A stretch of 396 nucleotides of DNA, from the sequence record BH153119.1, one strand, 5' to 3'. Under the pieces are notes generated by a model. It did no database searches and was not told where the DNA came from. It was given only the letters and a program-made list of their open reading frames with translations. Source of the DNA: a phage. Numbering within the stretch: the first letter of the stretch is position 1; every line of letters starts with the position of its first letter. This document shows, piece by piece, positions 1 through 396 of the stretch. The position numbers were made by a program, and so were the translations under genes.

Positions 1-128
1 GTATTTTTAAGGTTGTGGCGGTTGCTCATACTCAATTTGTAGCGCAAGCGCCGGATGAAGAATTTATTATCTACAATATTGGTAATGCAAGTTCTCATTT
101 TCATAATGTACTATATCGCGACCTTTGA
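1..128 (+). CDS. 3' end of a protein-coding gene of unknown function (5'-partial, continues upstream of the window; codon_start 3)
   Basis: Frame 3 is open from the window edge (first full codon 3-5) to TGA at 126-128, followed immediately by in-frame TAA at 129-131. Conceptual translation: IFKVVAVAHTQFVAQAPDEEFIIYNIGNASSHFHNVLYRDL. Codon-position composition is coding-like for a low-GC genome: G at first position in 13 of 41 codons, G/C at third position in only 10 of 41. The overlapping antisense open frame (complement of 1-104) shows the opposite pattern (G first position 2 of 34, G/C third about 18 of 34), as expected for a shadow frame. I do not recognise the protein family. Confidence 0.6.
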   Translation, partial: IFKVVAVAHTQFVAQAPDEEFIIYNIGNASSHFHNVLYRDL

Positions 129-136
129 TAATGTGT

Positions 137-143
137 GAGGTGA
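137..143 (+). promoter_or_regulatory. Shine-Dalgarno-like ribosome-binding site (GAGGTGA) 9 nt after the upstream stop codon
   Basis: GAGGTGA at 137-143 is complementary to the 3' end of 16S rRNA in the Firmicutes-type extended SD (GGAGGTGA). ATG at 146-148 follows after a 2-3 nt gap, slightly short but within functional range. The position right after the stop of the upstream CDS is typical of operon-internal translational coupling. The ATG it serves is followed by a stop after three codons, which lowers confidence that this is a functional RBS. Confidence 0.4.
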
Positions 144-145
144 AT

Positions 146-219
146 ATGAAACATTAAACCGTAAGCGTAAAGCACAACGACACAAAGAACGAGCTAAAAG
201 ATTGCTATTGAACTTGTAG
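146..219 (+). pseudogene. Possible disrupted small ORF encoding a highly basic peptide (frameshift relative to its apparent start codon); alternatively a sequencing artefact or non-coding
   Basis: ATG 146-148 reads ATG AAA CAT TAA (stop 155-157). Frame 1 from 139 to 216 reads GEYETLNRKRKAQRHKERAKRLLLNL, then TAG at 217-219, and contains no ATG/GTG/TTG before 202. It has 9 Lys/Arg plus 1 His in 26 codons and low third-position G+C (7 of 26), similar to the upstream CDS. Adding one A to the AAA run at 149-151 would join the ATG to this frame (M-K-T-L-N-R-K-R-K...). This is inference, not observed. Confidence 0.2.
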
Positions 220-269
220 AGCGAGAAGATAACTATTTGTCTACGGGTCGTTTGTATACATTCCATGCA

Positions 270-297
270 TTGTTGTGGTAAGCCAGTGTTGCATAAT
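270..297 (+). promoter_or_regulatory. Candidate sigma-70/sigma-A-type promoter (-35 TTGTTG, 16-nt spacer, -10 CATAAT)
   Basis: TTGTTG at 270-275 (4 of 6 match to TTGACA) and CATAAT at 292-297 (5 of 6 match to TATAAT) are separated by 16 nt. AT-rich sequence produces such matches by chance fairly often, so this is a weak call that depends on a + strand gene starting downstream. Confidence 0.2.
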
Positions 298-340
298 CAT
301 GATTGTTTGGCACTGTTTCACGAAATCAAACCAATTCATC

Positions 341-396
341 GTGAATGGGGATGACAACAAAGCAAAGGTCAATATTTCCTTACTTGTTCGTGTGGT
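341..396 (+). CDS. Tentative 5' end of a + strand protein-coding gene of unknown function (3'-partial; start codon uncertain, GTG 341 or ATG 299)
   Basis: Frame 2 is open from 233 to the window edge. From GTG 341 it translates VNGDDNKAKVNISLLVRV..., with G at first codon position in 7 of 18 codons and A-rich second positions. Alternative in-frame start ATG 299-301 gives MIVWHCFTKSNQFIVNGDDNK.... No SD-like purine run precedes either start. The same interval is also open on the minus strand and partly in + frame 1, so this is one of three competing readings. Confidence 0.2.
   Translation, partial: MNGDDNKAKVNISLLVRV

Noticed and set aside
1-104. Minus-strand open frame (complement 104 to 1, ATG on complement of 102-104; MKMRTCITNIVDNKFFIRRLRYKLSMSNRHNLKN...) overlapping the + strand CDS
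   Set aside because: It is the classic antisense shadow frame: its first codon positions are the wobble positions of the + frame. It has G at first position in only 2 of 34 codons, C-rich third positions and no SD upstream of its ATG. The + strand reading is much more coding-like.
126-133. Fur-box-like half site TGATAATG
   Set aside because: It matches only one half of the GATAATGATAATCATTATC-type consensus, with no matching inverted partner at the right spacing, and it is composed of the stop codons TGA-TAA plus an ATG. The coincidence is explained by the coding punctuation.
146-157. Programmed ribosomal frameshift joining ATG 146 to the basic frame
   Set aside because: There is no slippery heptamer (X XXY YYZ) or RF2-like shift site; the sequence is G AAA CAT TAA. 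A simple indel or base-call error is a more economical explanation.
129-240. Intrinsic (rho-independent) terminator between the upstream CDS and downstream sequence
   Set aside because: No GC-rich stem followed by a T-run (or an A-run preceding a stem, for the minus strand) is present; only weak 5-bp complementarities such as GTAGA 216-220 with TCTAC 240-244.
111-266. Minus-strand ORF of 51 codons (MECIQTTRRQIVIFSLYKFNSNLLARSLCRCALRLRFNVSYSPHTLSKVAI) spanning the intergenic region
   Set aside because: It overlaps the 3' end of the better-supported + strand CDS by 18 nt, has no RBS, and has Cys/Arg-rich composition typical of a spurious frame.
253-270. Short palindromes TGTATACA (253-260) and ATGCAT (265-270) as protein-binding sites
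   Set aside because: 8-bp and 6-bp palindromes are expected more than once by chance in about 400 nt of AT-rich DNA, and there is no supporting context.
286-300. HNH-nuclease-like signature from the residues H-N-H-D-C in the frame-1 translation
   Set aside because: The literal letters H-N-H are coincidental. The surrounding spacing of Cys and His does not match the HNH beta-beta-alpha metal finger arrangement, and the stretch is far too short for a domain.
244-396. Minus-strand ORF entering from the right edge and stopping at TAG (complement of 241-243), which would make a convergent gene pair
   Set aside because: Composition is atypical for a real protein in a low-GC genome (G at first codon position 6 of 51; 5 Met and 2 Trp in 51 residues; third-position G+C about half). 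No terminator lies between the two putative convergent genes. Not excluded, but less likely than a + strand reading; kept out of the feature list.
1-396. tRNA, rRNA, CRISPR repeat-spacer array, IS or transposon terminal inverted repeats, riboswitch (T-box, TPP, SAM, purine)
   Set aside because: There are no direct repeats of 20 nt or more, no tRNA-like T-arm/GTTC motif, no conserved riboswitch core sequences that I can recognise, and no matching terminal inverted repeats within the window.

Overview
This is an AT-rich window (150 G+C of 396 nt, about 38%) that reads like a low-GC bacterial gene junction, and nothing in it positively identifies a novel system. Three things can be supported from the sequence. 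(1) The 3' end of a + strand protein-coding gene occupies 1-128 (frame 3), ending at TGA 126-128 with an in-frame TAA directly behind it at 129-131. (2) A Shine-Dalgarno-like GAGGTGA at 137-143 sits where a translationally coupled downstream gene would start, but its ATG (146-148) opens only a 3-codon ORF (M-K-H-stop). The neighbouring frame encodes a strongly basic 26-codon peptide with no start codon, which fits a frameshifted small gene, a pseudogene or a homopolymer base-call error. (3) The right-hand part (220-396) has three mutually exclusive open frames, none with a convincing ribosome-binding site, so coding assignment there is unresolved. I see no tRNA or rRNA, no CRISPR repeats, no recognisable IS termini, no intrinsic terminator and no riboswitch core I can recognise. 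All product identities are unknown: no database search was possible, and all statistics quoted are hand counts from the sequence.
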